This document shows positions 12,301 to 19,503 of a stretch of DNA of 64,000 nucleotides, in pieces. This DNA comes from Minisyncoccota bacterium (GTDB lineage: Bacteria > Patescibacteriota > Minisyncoccia > Phycocordibacterales > UBA9973), in NCBI GenBank assembly GCA_041659205.1, contig JBAZYS010000001.1, positions 123,166 through 187,165 on the forward strand. The letters are read 5' to 3'. Every line of letters begins with the position of its first letter. Positions within the stretch are counted from its first letter, which is position 1. Position numbers and translations under genes: made by a program. The notes beneath the pieces are model-generated. The model was given only the letters and a program-made list of their open reading frames with translations, was not told the DNA's origin and made no database searches.

Positions 12301-13030
12301 ATCAGCAGGAAATTTAATTGATAAACTAGCTTGGATAGATAGTGGAACAAGCGTAACAGAGACATTGAGTTTCCAAATTCGTTCTTCTCCTGATGGTTTT
12401 AGTTGGTCAGATTGGTGTGGCCCAACAGTTTTGTGTGATGGCACTAGTAATTTTCTTTCTGTAGACAATGGTGTAGCTTTTGTTTCAGGTCATCCACTTA
12501 AAACAGGAGGAAATGATAGATATTTTCAATATAAAGCCTTCCTTTTTTCAGGTGGATATTTAACGCCAACTCTTTCTTCGGTAACTATTACCTATGATGT
12601 CACTTCAGGTTCACCACCACCTCCATCCGGCGGCGGTTCATTTGCAAGTAGTCCTTCAGCTCTTACTGTGGCAGCATCATCTGTGGCAAACGTTAATGCA
12701 ATATTAAATGGAACAGTAAATTCAAACGGTATTGCTGGTACGACACGTTGGTTTGAGTGGGGGACATCTGCCCTTGGATTAATTAATCAAACGATCCATA
12801 TGCCTCACACAGATACTCCTTCTGGTACAACAGCGACATTATCATGGTCTGGTGTAAAAGGAGCGACAGAATGTAAATTAAATGGAGGACAATATGTAAA
12901 CAAGGTTGTGTCATGTGCGGGAGGAAGCATTACGACAGATGTTCTTACTGTAAATACAACTTATACCCTTACGGCTTCAAATGGGTTTGGACCGGATGTG
13001 ACGAAGAGTTTGAACGTGGTGTTACCCTAG
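9350..13030 (+). CDS. Secreted beta-propeller repeat surface protein, paralogue of 1..4589
   Basis: Same N-terminal FVQSSWAGG motif, propeller repeats, YIQYRANL domains and C-terminal tail. The ATG overlaps the upstream TAA (TAATG), consistent with translational coupling. Confidence 0.85.
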   Translation: MKRENKKKGGHASIKFILTTCAIIFVGMSGLFLYGKFVQAAPFTFVQSSWAGGITANTAVHASNQTGWTEYSLKNDMTAGGTLTLPVSSKNFTDDGVVTTIGGFEPIINGFFNGIDSGTTVYENFDKSAYVGLGTPLYSVGNNPQGVAFDVTNNATWVTNSASNTVTKLDAATGAVIGTYAVGNSPRGVVFDITNNAVWIANSLDSTVTKLNAATGAVIGTYSAGNPRGIAFDVTNNAVWVVDGLNLVTKLDATTGATIGSYAVGTNPWEVTFDITNNAVWVTNSDDNTVSKLDAVSGANIGTYSTGGIYPLGVVFDITNNATWVTNANDNTLTKLNASTGAIVGTYSTGINPGGIDYDITSNVIWVRVSEKNSVDKYNATTGVRISSYTLSSNRGSAYQGVAFDITNNAVWSDIFFDNKVSKIDATSLRYVSTGIFTADVVDYGESTVFNTLSYDKSTPVDTTLTIDVRAGNVAVPDGTWTAWSTNITNGGDISVMSGNQYIQYRANFATTNTAISPVLYDITISSNYWTSVDDGTPSTQGGSLPSGGFFAGGTNLNTIVSGSGAGASVVLGEAPSVPYGVGSNPGGIAFDVTNNALWVLRGGVNIVTKLNATTGAVIGNYSLVDSPGGIAFDVTNNAIWVTNQLINSVTKINAATGAIIGTYSAGISAGPNYITYDITNNAVWIINGDSTVSKLNATTGAPIGGFIMMGSFGVDTVYDVTNNVVWVVTNNSTTLTKINATTGALIGSPISVGFTIGGIAFDVTNNLLWVENYFAGSVYRYNATTNIAVGSPVPIGVHPQGIAFDVSNNMIWASNRGSNNVFKIDASTGVLVGMSIAVGISPMNVAFDITNNSVWVTNTGDTTVSKINAIPVYAASGTFTSSIIDLGALSTLNTLSYNVTTPINTNITMDIRGSVDNITWGAWVTGVSNGGSVAALSGNRYIQYKANLSTTDTAVTPSLDDVTISYSQYQSSGSLTSSVFDSASAGNLIDKLAWIDSGTSVTETLSFQIRSSPDGFSWSDWCGPTVLCDGTSNFLSVDNGVAFVSGHPLKTGGNDRYFQYKAFLFSGGYLTPTLSSVTITYDVTSGSPPPPSGGGSFASSPSALTVAASSVANVNAILNGTVNSNGIAGTTRWFEWGTSALGLINQTIHMPHTDTPSGTTATLSWSGVKGATECKLNGGQYVNKVVSCAGGSITTDVLTVNTTYTLTASNGFGPDVTKSLNVVLP

Positions 13031-13129
13031 AAATAGAGATAATTTAATTTCCTAGTTGGAAGTTAGATTTTCTTTGCATTTTTTTGACAAATTGTTATAC
13101 TTGTCGTTACTTAAATACAAACAAAAAAA

Positions 13130-14521
13130 ATGAAAAAAATAAAAAAACTTGGTAAAAATTGGAAAAAGTTTTGGAAGCTCGGAGCGGATGAATTCAACAC
13201 GCAGTTTTTCGGCGTGAACAAAGATGGTGAGCTCACTGCAACCGAAGGTCACCATATATATAATTTGAGCGACATGGCTCATAAGTATGGCACACCCCTA
13301 CAAGTAATATTTCCTTTTATTATTGAAGACAGACTTAAGGACCTTTTGGGATATTTTCAAGCCTATATGAAAATTTATGGGTATAAAGGTAAATTCTTTT
13401 ACCACTATCCAATGAAAGTAAATCAAAATAAAGAATTTATTCTTCCGATTTTATCTGAGGGAGCGAACCTTGAAGTAACTTCTGCCAACGAACTCTGGAT
13501 AGTAAAAAATCTCTGGGAAAGAGAGAAGTTTAATAGTAAAATTCGGGTATTCTGTAATGGTCCTAAAACTGATCAATATCTTGATTTGATTGAAGAATTG
13601 CGTGCAAAGGGGATGAGTATTGTTCCTATCATCGAGAGTTTAGATGAAGTGGATAGAATTTCTAAGTATAAAGGAGATGTCGGAGTGCGGGTGGATTTAA
13701 ATATTAAAGCAGATACACATTGGGATAAAAAGTTTGATCGTTTTGGGCTTTCTGAAAATGATGCACTTGATTTAAGCAAAATAAAAAATTTAAAGATATT
13801 ACATTATCACCTCGGTTCTCAAATAAAAACTCAAAAAAGTATTTTGGACGGAGTAAAACATGCATTTAGTATTTATGTTCAACTTCAAAAAACACATCCA
13901 TCACTCGACACGCTCGACATTGGTGGTGGTTTTGGTGTGCCTTATGAAAAGAAGAAGTTCTACACTGCCAAGGGTGTCTCTAGTAAAATCATTAAAGTAT
14001 TAAAAAGTTTGTCCGATAAAGCAGGAATTAAACATCCAAACTTGGCTGTGGAGTGGGGTCAATATATTGCTGCACCTGCACAAATTACTATGTATAAAGT
14101 TCTTTCAAAAAAGGCTATTCCAAAAGCAAATGCAAAGGCTTGGTATATTATAGATGGTAGTTTTATGAATGATTTAAAGGATACTTGGGCTATTCATCAA
14201 AAATGGCATGTTATACCAGCAAACAATATGCATAGTGTCCTGAAGACTGTATGGCTCGCAGGGAGCACTTGTGACTCAGATGATAAATATACTGCAGGGG
14301 GGAACTATATTATGATGCCCAAGCTTCATGACAATAATGATGCTCAATTAATAGCAGTTCTTGATACTGGAGCATACCAAGATGGGCTCTCTTCTCACCA
14401 TTGTCTACTTGCTGCACCACTTAAAATTGTTGCTCAAGATGGTATGGTTAAAGTTGCTCGAAAGCGCGAAAATGCAGATTCCATCGGTAAGCTTTTTGGT
14501 TGGAATGGAGATAATAAATAA
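13130..14521 (+). CDS. Fold-type III PLP-dependent basic amino acid decarboxylase, short arginine decarboxylase (SpeA)-like
   Basis: YPMKVNQ (PLP Lys), CNGPK, HYHLGSQI, DIGGGFG, TCDSD and GAYQ motifs. Confidence 0.8.
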   Translation: MKKIKKLGKNWKKFWKLGADEFNTQFFGVNKDGELTATEGHHIYNLSDMAHKYGTPLQVIFPFIIEDRLKDLLGYFQAYMKIYGYKGKFFYHYPMKVNQNKEFILPILSEGANLEVTSANELWIVKNLWEREKFNSKIRVFCNGPKTDQYLDLIEELRAKGMSIVPIIESLDEVDRISKYKGDVGVRVDLNIKADTHWDKKFDRFGLSENDALDLSKIKNLKILHYHLGSQIKTQKSILDGVKHAFSIYVQLQKTHPSLDTLDIGGGFGVPYEKKKFYTAKGVSSKIIKVLKSLSDKAGIKHPNLAVEWGQYIAAPAQITMYKVLSKKAIPKANAKAWYIIDGSFMNDLKDTWAIHQKWHVIPANNMHSVLKTVWLAGSTCDSDDKYTAGGNYIMMPKLHDNNDAQLIAVLDTGAYQDGLSSHHCLLAAPLKIVAQDGMVKVARKRENADSIGKLFGWNGDNK

Positions 14522-14524
14522 TTT

Positions 14525-15037
14525 ATGGAGGAAAATAAAATTAATAAAAAATTTTCTCGGGTCCTCGGAAAAAATCCCCAGACCACTTTAAAATATTTTA
14601 TCAATTTTATTTTATTGTTTGTTTTTTTTATTGGTGGATTTTTTTTACTTAAAGATTTTTCAAAAAATTTAGTAATTGAAGATGTTAAACAAATAGTAAT
14701 CGGTGGGCAGACATTGAATGTGGACCTTGCATTAACCCCTCTGGGGCAGACACAAGGACTTTCAGGAAGAAGTGAATTAAGAGAAAATGAGGGAATGTTA
14801 TTTGTTTTTGAGCAGCCAGGGAAATATTCCTTTTGGATGAAGGATATGAAGTTTCCTTTAGATATTATTTGGATAGGTGAAGATATGAATGTAATTTATA
14901 TACAGAAAAATGCCTCACCTGAATCATATCCAGAAAGTTTTGTCTCAGAAAAAAATGCTAAATATGTTCTAGAGGTTTTTGCAGGTTTTGCAGATAAAAA
15001 TAATTTAAAAGAAGGGGATAAGGTGGAGTATAAATAA
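14525..15037 (+). CDS. DUF192 family protein with N-terminal TM
   Basis: QGLSGR...GMLFVF...FWMKDMKFPLDIIWI...YVLE. Confidence 0.9.
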   Translation: MEENKINKKFSRVLGKNPQTTLKYFINFILLFVFFIGGFFLLKDFSKNLVIEDVKQIVIGGQTLNVDLALTPLGQTQGLSGRSELRENEGMLFVFEQPGKYSFWMKDMKFPLDIIWIGEDMNVIYIQKNASPESYPESFVSEKNAKYVLEVFAGFADKNNLKEGDKVEYK

Positions 15038-15063
15038 TAAAATAAGTTTCAAATTTAGATAAA

Positions 15064-15100
15064 GAAAATCCTCCGCTTTTGGCAGAGGATTTTCGTTTTT
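15064..15100. terminator. Bidirectional intrinsic terminator between the DUF192 gene and rnpB
   Basis: gaaaatcctc-N11-gaggattttc hairpin with A/T tails. Confidence 0.7.
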
Positions 15101-15102
15101 GT

Positions 15103-15448
15103 GCAGGTAACTATAAGCCGAATTTTGTGGCCCGACCGAAGTCGAGCGATAGCAATTTATCTAGGCTCTAAATTACTCTAGAGCTCAAGCGATTCTTCCG
15201 CCTCATCGGCGGACACGATCTTGCACAGGAGTAAGGGTTTAGCCGTTTCACTCTGACGTTTCCGTCAGACTATTCCGCAGATTGCTCTATGGAACCCTAG
15301 CCTTTTGGCATTGGCGTCTCTGCTCGCACCTATGTATTGCTACACACGGGTATTACCCGCTACCTGTTTTTCGCCCCGCCGAGGCGGGGTAAACTGTGTT
15401 CGGACTTTCCTCTCCGACCTTACGTCGGAGTAGCTATCCATTGCCTGC
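15103..15448 (-). ncRNA. rnpB: RNase P RNA
   Basis: Minus strand has GAGGAAAGTCCGAACAC near the 5' end and ACAAAATTCGGCTTATAG near the 3' end (P4 signature); P1 pairing gcaggcaa/ttacctgc. Confidence 0.95.
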
Positions 15449-15520
15449 TTTTATACTATAACATATTTATCATTGTATTTCAATGGGTAATTGTGTAGTG
15501 TCTTTTGCGCGATGGGGGGC

Positions 15521-15549
15521 TTGCTTTTTTTATACATGTATGATATACT
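15521..15549 (+). promoter_or_regulatory. Sigma70 promoter with extended -10, divergent from rnpB
   Basis: TTGCTT-17 nt-TATACT with TG at the extended -10 position. Confidence 0.6.
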
Positions 15550-15555
15550 CTTCTT

Positions 15556-15632
15556 GTGGGTGTGAGGTAAAATTCACATTTATCGTAAACAACATAAGTG
15601 CCGCAAAAGCCCGCCGAAAGGTGGGTTTTTGT
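15556..15632 (+). ncRNA. Candidate ~75-nt small RNA
   Basis: Has its own promoter, a 10-bp G.U-rich hairpin (15556-15583) and a GAAA-loop terminator (15603-15632); no meaningful ORF. Confidence 0.4.
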
Positions 15633-15718
15633 TTTGCCCTTTTTTGCTATTCTAGCTATAATAATAGGGAATAGGTCAAGGGCTTGCTTTTATTAGATTA
15701 GTGTGATATAATATACTT

Positions 15719-16111
15719 ATGAAAAATGAAAATTTATATGTAGGGGAGGGTCCTTTTAAAGGTAGCTACGAAGGTTTCAAAACGAAGATTTCTGTTCAAC
15801 CTGATGATATAAAAAGAGTTCGCGCTGAAGCTAAATCTCGCGGTCAAGATGAAGATTTGGCTGAAAAAACGTATAGAGAAAAAATCGAAAAAGCTAATGT
15901 AAGAATTAGCGGTAAAGAAATTACTCCTGAACAAAAAGTGGAAATGGATAATTTGGCCAATATGATATTGGCAAAGCAGGCAGAGCAGCAGGCAAAGCAA
16001 GCAGAAAGAAATAAAAAGGAATCAGAAAATTTGCAAGATAGAAAAGATAGATTGCTTGAAATATTAGCAGAGAGAAATGGTCCACGAGATGGTCAGAATA
16101 CTCAACATTAA
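15719..16111 (+). CDS. Hypothetical charged coiled-coil protein (130 aa), leaderless
   Basis: TTGCTT-17-TATAAT ending 6 nt before the ATG; followed by a strong terminator. Confidence 0.75.
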   Translation: MKNENLYVGEGPFKGSYEGFKTKISVQPDDIKRVRAEAKSRGQDEDLAEKTYREKIEKANVRISGKEITPEQKVEMDNLANMILAKQAEQQAKQAERNKKESENLQDRKDRLLEILAERNGPRDGQNTQH

Positions 16112-16115
16112 TTAA

Positions 16116-16149
16116 AACACTAAAGTCCCCGAAAGGGGACTTTAGTGTT
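16116..16149. terminator. Intrinsic terminator hairpin
   Basis: aacactaaagtcccc-gaaa-ggggactttagtgtt, perfect 15-bp stem. Confidence 0.8.
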
Positions 16150-16182
16150 GATTTCATGAATCCTAAACCTAATAGCTTTCAC

Positions 16183-16214
16183 AAAAAAAAGCCTAGCGTG
16201 CGCCAGGCTTTTTT
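16183..16214 (-). terminator. Terminator downstream of tRNA-Ala
   Basis: A8-gcctagcg/cgccaggc-T6 hairpin. Confidence 0.65.
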
Positions 16215-16219
16215 CCTCG

Positions 16220-16292
16220 TGGACCGTACAGGACTCGAACCTGCCACCCCCTCATTGCAAATGAGGTGCTCTACCAGATGAGCTAACGGCCC
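16220..16292 (-). tRNA. tRNA-Ala(UGC)
   Basis: Cloverleaf with acceptor GGGCCGT/ACGGTCC (G3:U70), anticodon loop TTTGCAA and GGTTCGAGTCC T-arm; CCA not encoded. Confidence 0.97.
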
Positions 16293-16343
16293 GTGCATAC
16301 ATTAAAACTTACTTCTCTCTCAATTCTGTATTGCTTTTACTAG

Positions 16344-16367
16344 GCGCTACAGATGAGCTAACGGCCC
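16344..16367 (-). repeat. Degenerate copy of the tRNA-Ala 5' end, 75 nt upstream of the tRNA
   Basis: cagatgagctaacggccc at 16350-16367 is identical to 16275-16292. Confidence 0.85.
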
Positions 16368-16498
16368 AAACAACCTAAACCAATAAACCCTATATGTACA
16401 AAGATATTCTATCTTATTTTAACAATAATGCAAATTTTGGTGTTGTTTTTTATTAAATTTCTGTTAATATAAAGAAGTTGTTTGAAAAACAACTGAAC

Positions 16499-16570
16499 TC
16501 TGGGGTAGCTCAGCGGTAGAGCGGTCGCCTGTTAAGCGATTGGTCGTAGGTTCGATCCCTACCCCCAGAG
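16499..16570 (+). tRNA. tRNA-Asn(GUU)
   Basis: Acceptor TCTGGGG/CCCCAGA, anticodon loop CTGTTAA, GGTTCGATCC T-arm. Confidence 0.97.
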
Positions 16571-17017
16571 CATCGTAAAAACAATATTAAAATAGCCACC
16601 GCCCCTTTTGGGGCGACGGCTTTTTTGGTTTTCTTTTTGACCACATAGAGCGTGAGCCAAAAAGTAATGTCGGCTGTAAGACTTCCTAGAACAGAGCCAA
16701 TAGTTATACCGAAAGCTAGAGAGCTTAGGTAGATAAATAATGGGCGAAGAAAGAATACATCCAGGCAGTCTGCAATTCCTAGGGTCAGGGAGACCACTTT
16801 GATTGCTTCAAAGTAACCTCCGACCATTTCTAATTTCATGCCATATTAATAACCCCCATAAAGGAAGACTTTCAGCAATTGCCACAATGGGGGCACTGAA
16901 AGAAGGTGAAAGGGAAAGATTTCCCATGGCCCAGCCAGTAGTGGGGCCAAATACGTTTCCTAGAGCTTCTGCTTGCAGTATGGGGTGCCTGACGAGGCAC
17001 TTTAAGCTAATAGACAT
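16510..17017 (-). CDS. Multi-pass membrane protein encoded in two frames joined at a prfB-type +1 frameshift site (programmed frameshift or pseudogene)
   Basis: AAGGAGG SD before ATG 17017. Frame 0 gives 69 aa ending CGG AGG TTA CTT TGA (16822-16808). The +1 frame continues EAIKVVSLTLGIADCLDVFFLRPLFIY...GSLTADITFW. Confidence 0.55.
16593..16627. terminator. Terminator hairpin after tRNA-Asn (possibly bidirectional)
   Basis: agccaccgcccc-N5-ggggcgacggct-T6. Confidence 0.75.
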
Positions 17018-17099
17018 AAATAACCTCCTTAGATATTTTACTACAATTAAATAAAAAAAGTAGCAAGTTTTAGGCTCGCTACTCTTCTGCTGATGGATC

Positions 17100-17378
17100 C
17101 TATGATTTAATGCGAAGTTTGCGAAGAAACTCTTCATCTTCTTGTTGTTTCTTTTTAGTTAAGGATGCAGCTTTTTCTTTGCTCGCTTTTATGTCAGCCG
17201 ATTGGGCCAGATGATTTAGAGTCTCCCTTGAGGGTGTCCAAGAACAACCCTTTTTACAGTATGGACAGAAGGCAAAAAAACGACGTCCATCTTTTGCATT
17301 ATATTCAGCCCTGTTAACCGGTAGTTCTTCCTTGCAATATGGGCAAGGGATGTTTACTGCCCACCACTGGCTTTCCAT
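17100..17378 (-). CDS. Small zinc-ribbon protein
   Basis: Two CPYC motifs; strong AAAGGAGG SD. Confidence 0.75.
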   Translation of the reverse strand: MESQWWAVNIPCPYCKEELPVNRAEYNAKDGRRFFAFCPYCKKGCSWTPSRETLNHLAQSADIKASKEKAASLTKKKQQEDEEFLRKLRIKS

Positions 17379-17486
17379 ATCGTCCTCCTTTCAAGGAACT
17401 AGGGTTATGTCGTAAGTATACCTATCTCTTCAAAAATTGCTATAATTAACAGTAGGGTAATTATTATTAACTTTTCATAAAAAAGT

Positions 17487-17675
17487 ATGCAAATATTTAA
17501 AACACGAAGTTTTGAATGGTGGCAAATGGGTTTAATAAAAGTTTGTCTTATTTCTTTGGGTATTTTGTTAGGCTTATATTTTTATGATTATCTTTTAGAG
17601 TTTTTGTGGCTTTGGTGGGGCTTGTTTGTAATCATTGGAATTTATTTTATTGTTAGATTCTTCCGGGGGCAATAA
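17487..17675 (+). CDS. Small two-TM membrane protein (62 aa)
   Basis: Two hydrophobic stretches; upstream TGcTATAAT promoter. Confidence 0.75.
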   Translation: MQIFKTRSFEWWQMGLIKVCLISLGILLGLYFYDYLLEFLWLWWGLFVIIGIYFIVRFFRGQ

Positions 17676-17778
17676 AATTATATTGACTCTTAATACTTAA
17701 TACTATTTGTGTTTATAAAAAGATAGTAATAACTATGCTATAATAGCAACATTATTAATTTAGTTTTAAGTAGATTAT

Positions 17779-18072
17779 ATGGATAGACTTACTCACAAAA
17801 ATCTTCAAGAAAATCTTAAAGAAAAAATTGGGAATGTAGCATGGGAATCTGCAACTAGCGTAGCGGGACATCTTGTAGATTTGAAAAGGATAGATCTAGC
17901 TAAAAAACATTTAAAAAAAGTAATCGAAAATGGTGAATCGGATGGAAAAGATATAAAAGTTAAACTTAATGGATGGTTGGAAGGTTTGAAAAAAACGGAA
18001 AAGGATGAGGAAAAATTAGACATAATCATTGAATTACTAAGATGGTTAAAAGCCGAAGGAGGGGAAGAATAG
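17779..18072 (+). CDS. Hypothetical helical protein (97 aa)
   Basis: Clean ORF with upstream TGcTATAAT. Confidence 0.7.
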   Translation: MDRLTHKNLQENLKEKIGNVAWESATSVAGHLVDLKRIDLAKKHLKKVIENGESDGKDIKVKLNGWLEGLKKTEKDEEKLDIIIELLRWLKAEGGEE

Positions 18073-18148
18073 AACCAACTTCATTGAATTTTTAATGAAT
18101 TTAAAGTATACTAGAAAAAAGCTTATTAATAATGAATAATCAATATAT

Positions 18149-18280
18149 ATGGCAAAAAGATCAACCACGTTGAGTCCAAAAACTAAATCAAGACATTCTC
18201 ACAAGACTGCAAAAAGACTTGCAGTTAAGAGTATCATGCTTACGAAAAAAGCAGCTAGAAACAAAACAAAGTTCGCGTAA
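18149..18280 (+). CDS. Small highly basic protein (43 aa), not in the ORF track
   Basis: MAKRSTTLSPKTKSRHSHKTAKRLAVKSIMLTKKAARNKTKFA; 14 K/R and no D/E; fills the intergenic gap. Confidence 0.65.
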   Translation: MAKRSTTLSPKTKSRHSHKTAKRLAVKSIMLTKKAARNKTKFA

Positions 18281-18303
18281 ATTACTAACTTATCTAATTT
18301 CTA

Positions 18304-19473
18304 ATGGAGAAAAGATTTTCAAATATTCACCCTGATGTCTTCAAATTAGGTCTTGTGAGCTTTTTAACTGATATTAGCTCAGAGGCCATCTTTTCAGTTT
18401 TTTCTGTGTTTTTCACTGTGATAGTTGGAGCTCCAGCATCGCTTCTAGGTGTGGTGGAGGGTATTTCTGACTTTTCTGCATCTTCCTTAGATTATTTTGC
18501 AGGCTGGCTTTCAGATAAAACGGGTAAAAGAAAACAATTAGCAATTTTTGGTTATGGTTTTTCTACGGTCGCAAAAGTTATTCTTTTGGTAGGAAGTTCA
18601 GTGGCAACGCTTGCATCATTTAGAATTATTGAGCGTGTGGGTAAAAGCTTTCGTGGTCCACCTAGAGATGCTTGGCTTTCTGCTGTTGCCCTTGAGTCAA
18701 ATAGAGGATATACCTTTGGTCTGCATAAAGCGATGGATAAAGCAGGCGCTATATTGGGTCCGCTCGTTGCATATTTTTTACTTTTATATTTAGGGACAAA
18801 TAGAAATACTTTTCATATTATTTTCGTTGTGGCAATATTTGGCGCACTTGGGGCAGTGCTTGTTTTGGCTCTTATGAAGGATCGTCCTGGAATTCCACAC
18901 GAACGAGAAAATATTTTTAAAGCTTGGGGGACATTGAGCCCAGCTTTTAAACTCTTTCTTATTCCTGCTGGTATTTTTTCATTAGCATATTTTAGTTTTG
19001 GTTTTTTACTCCTTCGAGCATATTCTGTCGGTTTTGCTATTAAAGATGTAGTTTTACTCTATGCGCTTTTTAACATTTCATTTGTTTTTATATCTATTCC
19101 AGTAGGGAAGCTTGGTGATTTTATTGGGCGAAGATATATTATTATTCTAGGATATTTGACTTATATTATCATGTCCCTAGGTTTCATTTTTGCAAAAGAA
19201 AAATGGGAAATAATTGCCCTATTTATTTTATTTGGTATTTTCTACAGTATTGATGAAGCTCAGAGTAAAGCATTTATTTCCGACATTGAAAAGGACAGGA
19301 GAGCGACAGCCATTGGTGCCTATAATTTTACTACCGGTTTAATTTATCTTCTTTCTTCTTTAATTGCAGGGGTTCTTTGGGTTTTGAACCCTGTTTATGC
19401 TTTTGTCTTTGCGGCTTCTGTTGCTTTTGCTGCAATGAGTGTATTTATCTATCTTTTTAAGAGAATTGTTTAA
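18304..19473 (+). CDS. MFS transporter
   Basis: Multiple TM segments; GWLSDKTGKRK and GKLGDFIGRR motif A; RGPPRDA. Confidence 0.92.
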   Translation: MEKRFSNIHPDVFKLGLVSFLTDISSEAIFSVFSVFFTVIVGAPASLLGVVEGISDFSASSLDYFAGWLSDKTGKRKQLAIFGYGFSTVAKVILLVGSSVATLASFRIIERVGKSFRGPPRDAWLSAVALESNRGYTFGLHKAMDKAGAILGPLVAYFLLLYLGTNRNTFHIIFVVAIFGALGAVLVLALMKDRPGIPHERENIFKAWGTLSPAFKLFLIPAGIFSLAYFSFGFLLLRAYSVGFAIKDVVLLYALFNISFVFISIPVGKLGDFIGRRYIIILGYLTYIIMSLGFIFAKEKWEIIALFILFGIFYSIDEAQSKAFISDIEKDRRATAIGAYNFTTGLIYLLSSLIAGVLWVLNPVYAFVFAASVAFAAMSVFIYLFKRIV

Positions 19474-19503
19474 CTTTTACTTTTTTTAGGTTATAATAAA
19501 AAT

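Noticed and set aside
294-12468. Numerous short antisense and alternate-frame ORFs within the giant genes
   Set aside because: Shadow ORFs expected from biased Thr/Gly/Val/Asn codon use; no independent expression signals.
16808-16810. TGA read as Gly (code 25) to explain the split gene
   Set aside because: Long genes have no in-frame TGA, TGA terminates genes such as 25745..27676, and the hydrophobic continuation is in the +1 frame.
16985-17000. gtgcctgacgaggcac shares 12 nt with the fmt element hairpin
   Set aside because: It lacks the second hairpin and arms, so it cannot be assigned to the family from this window alone.
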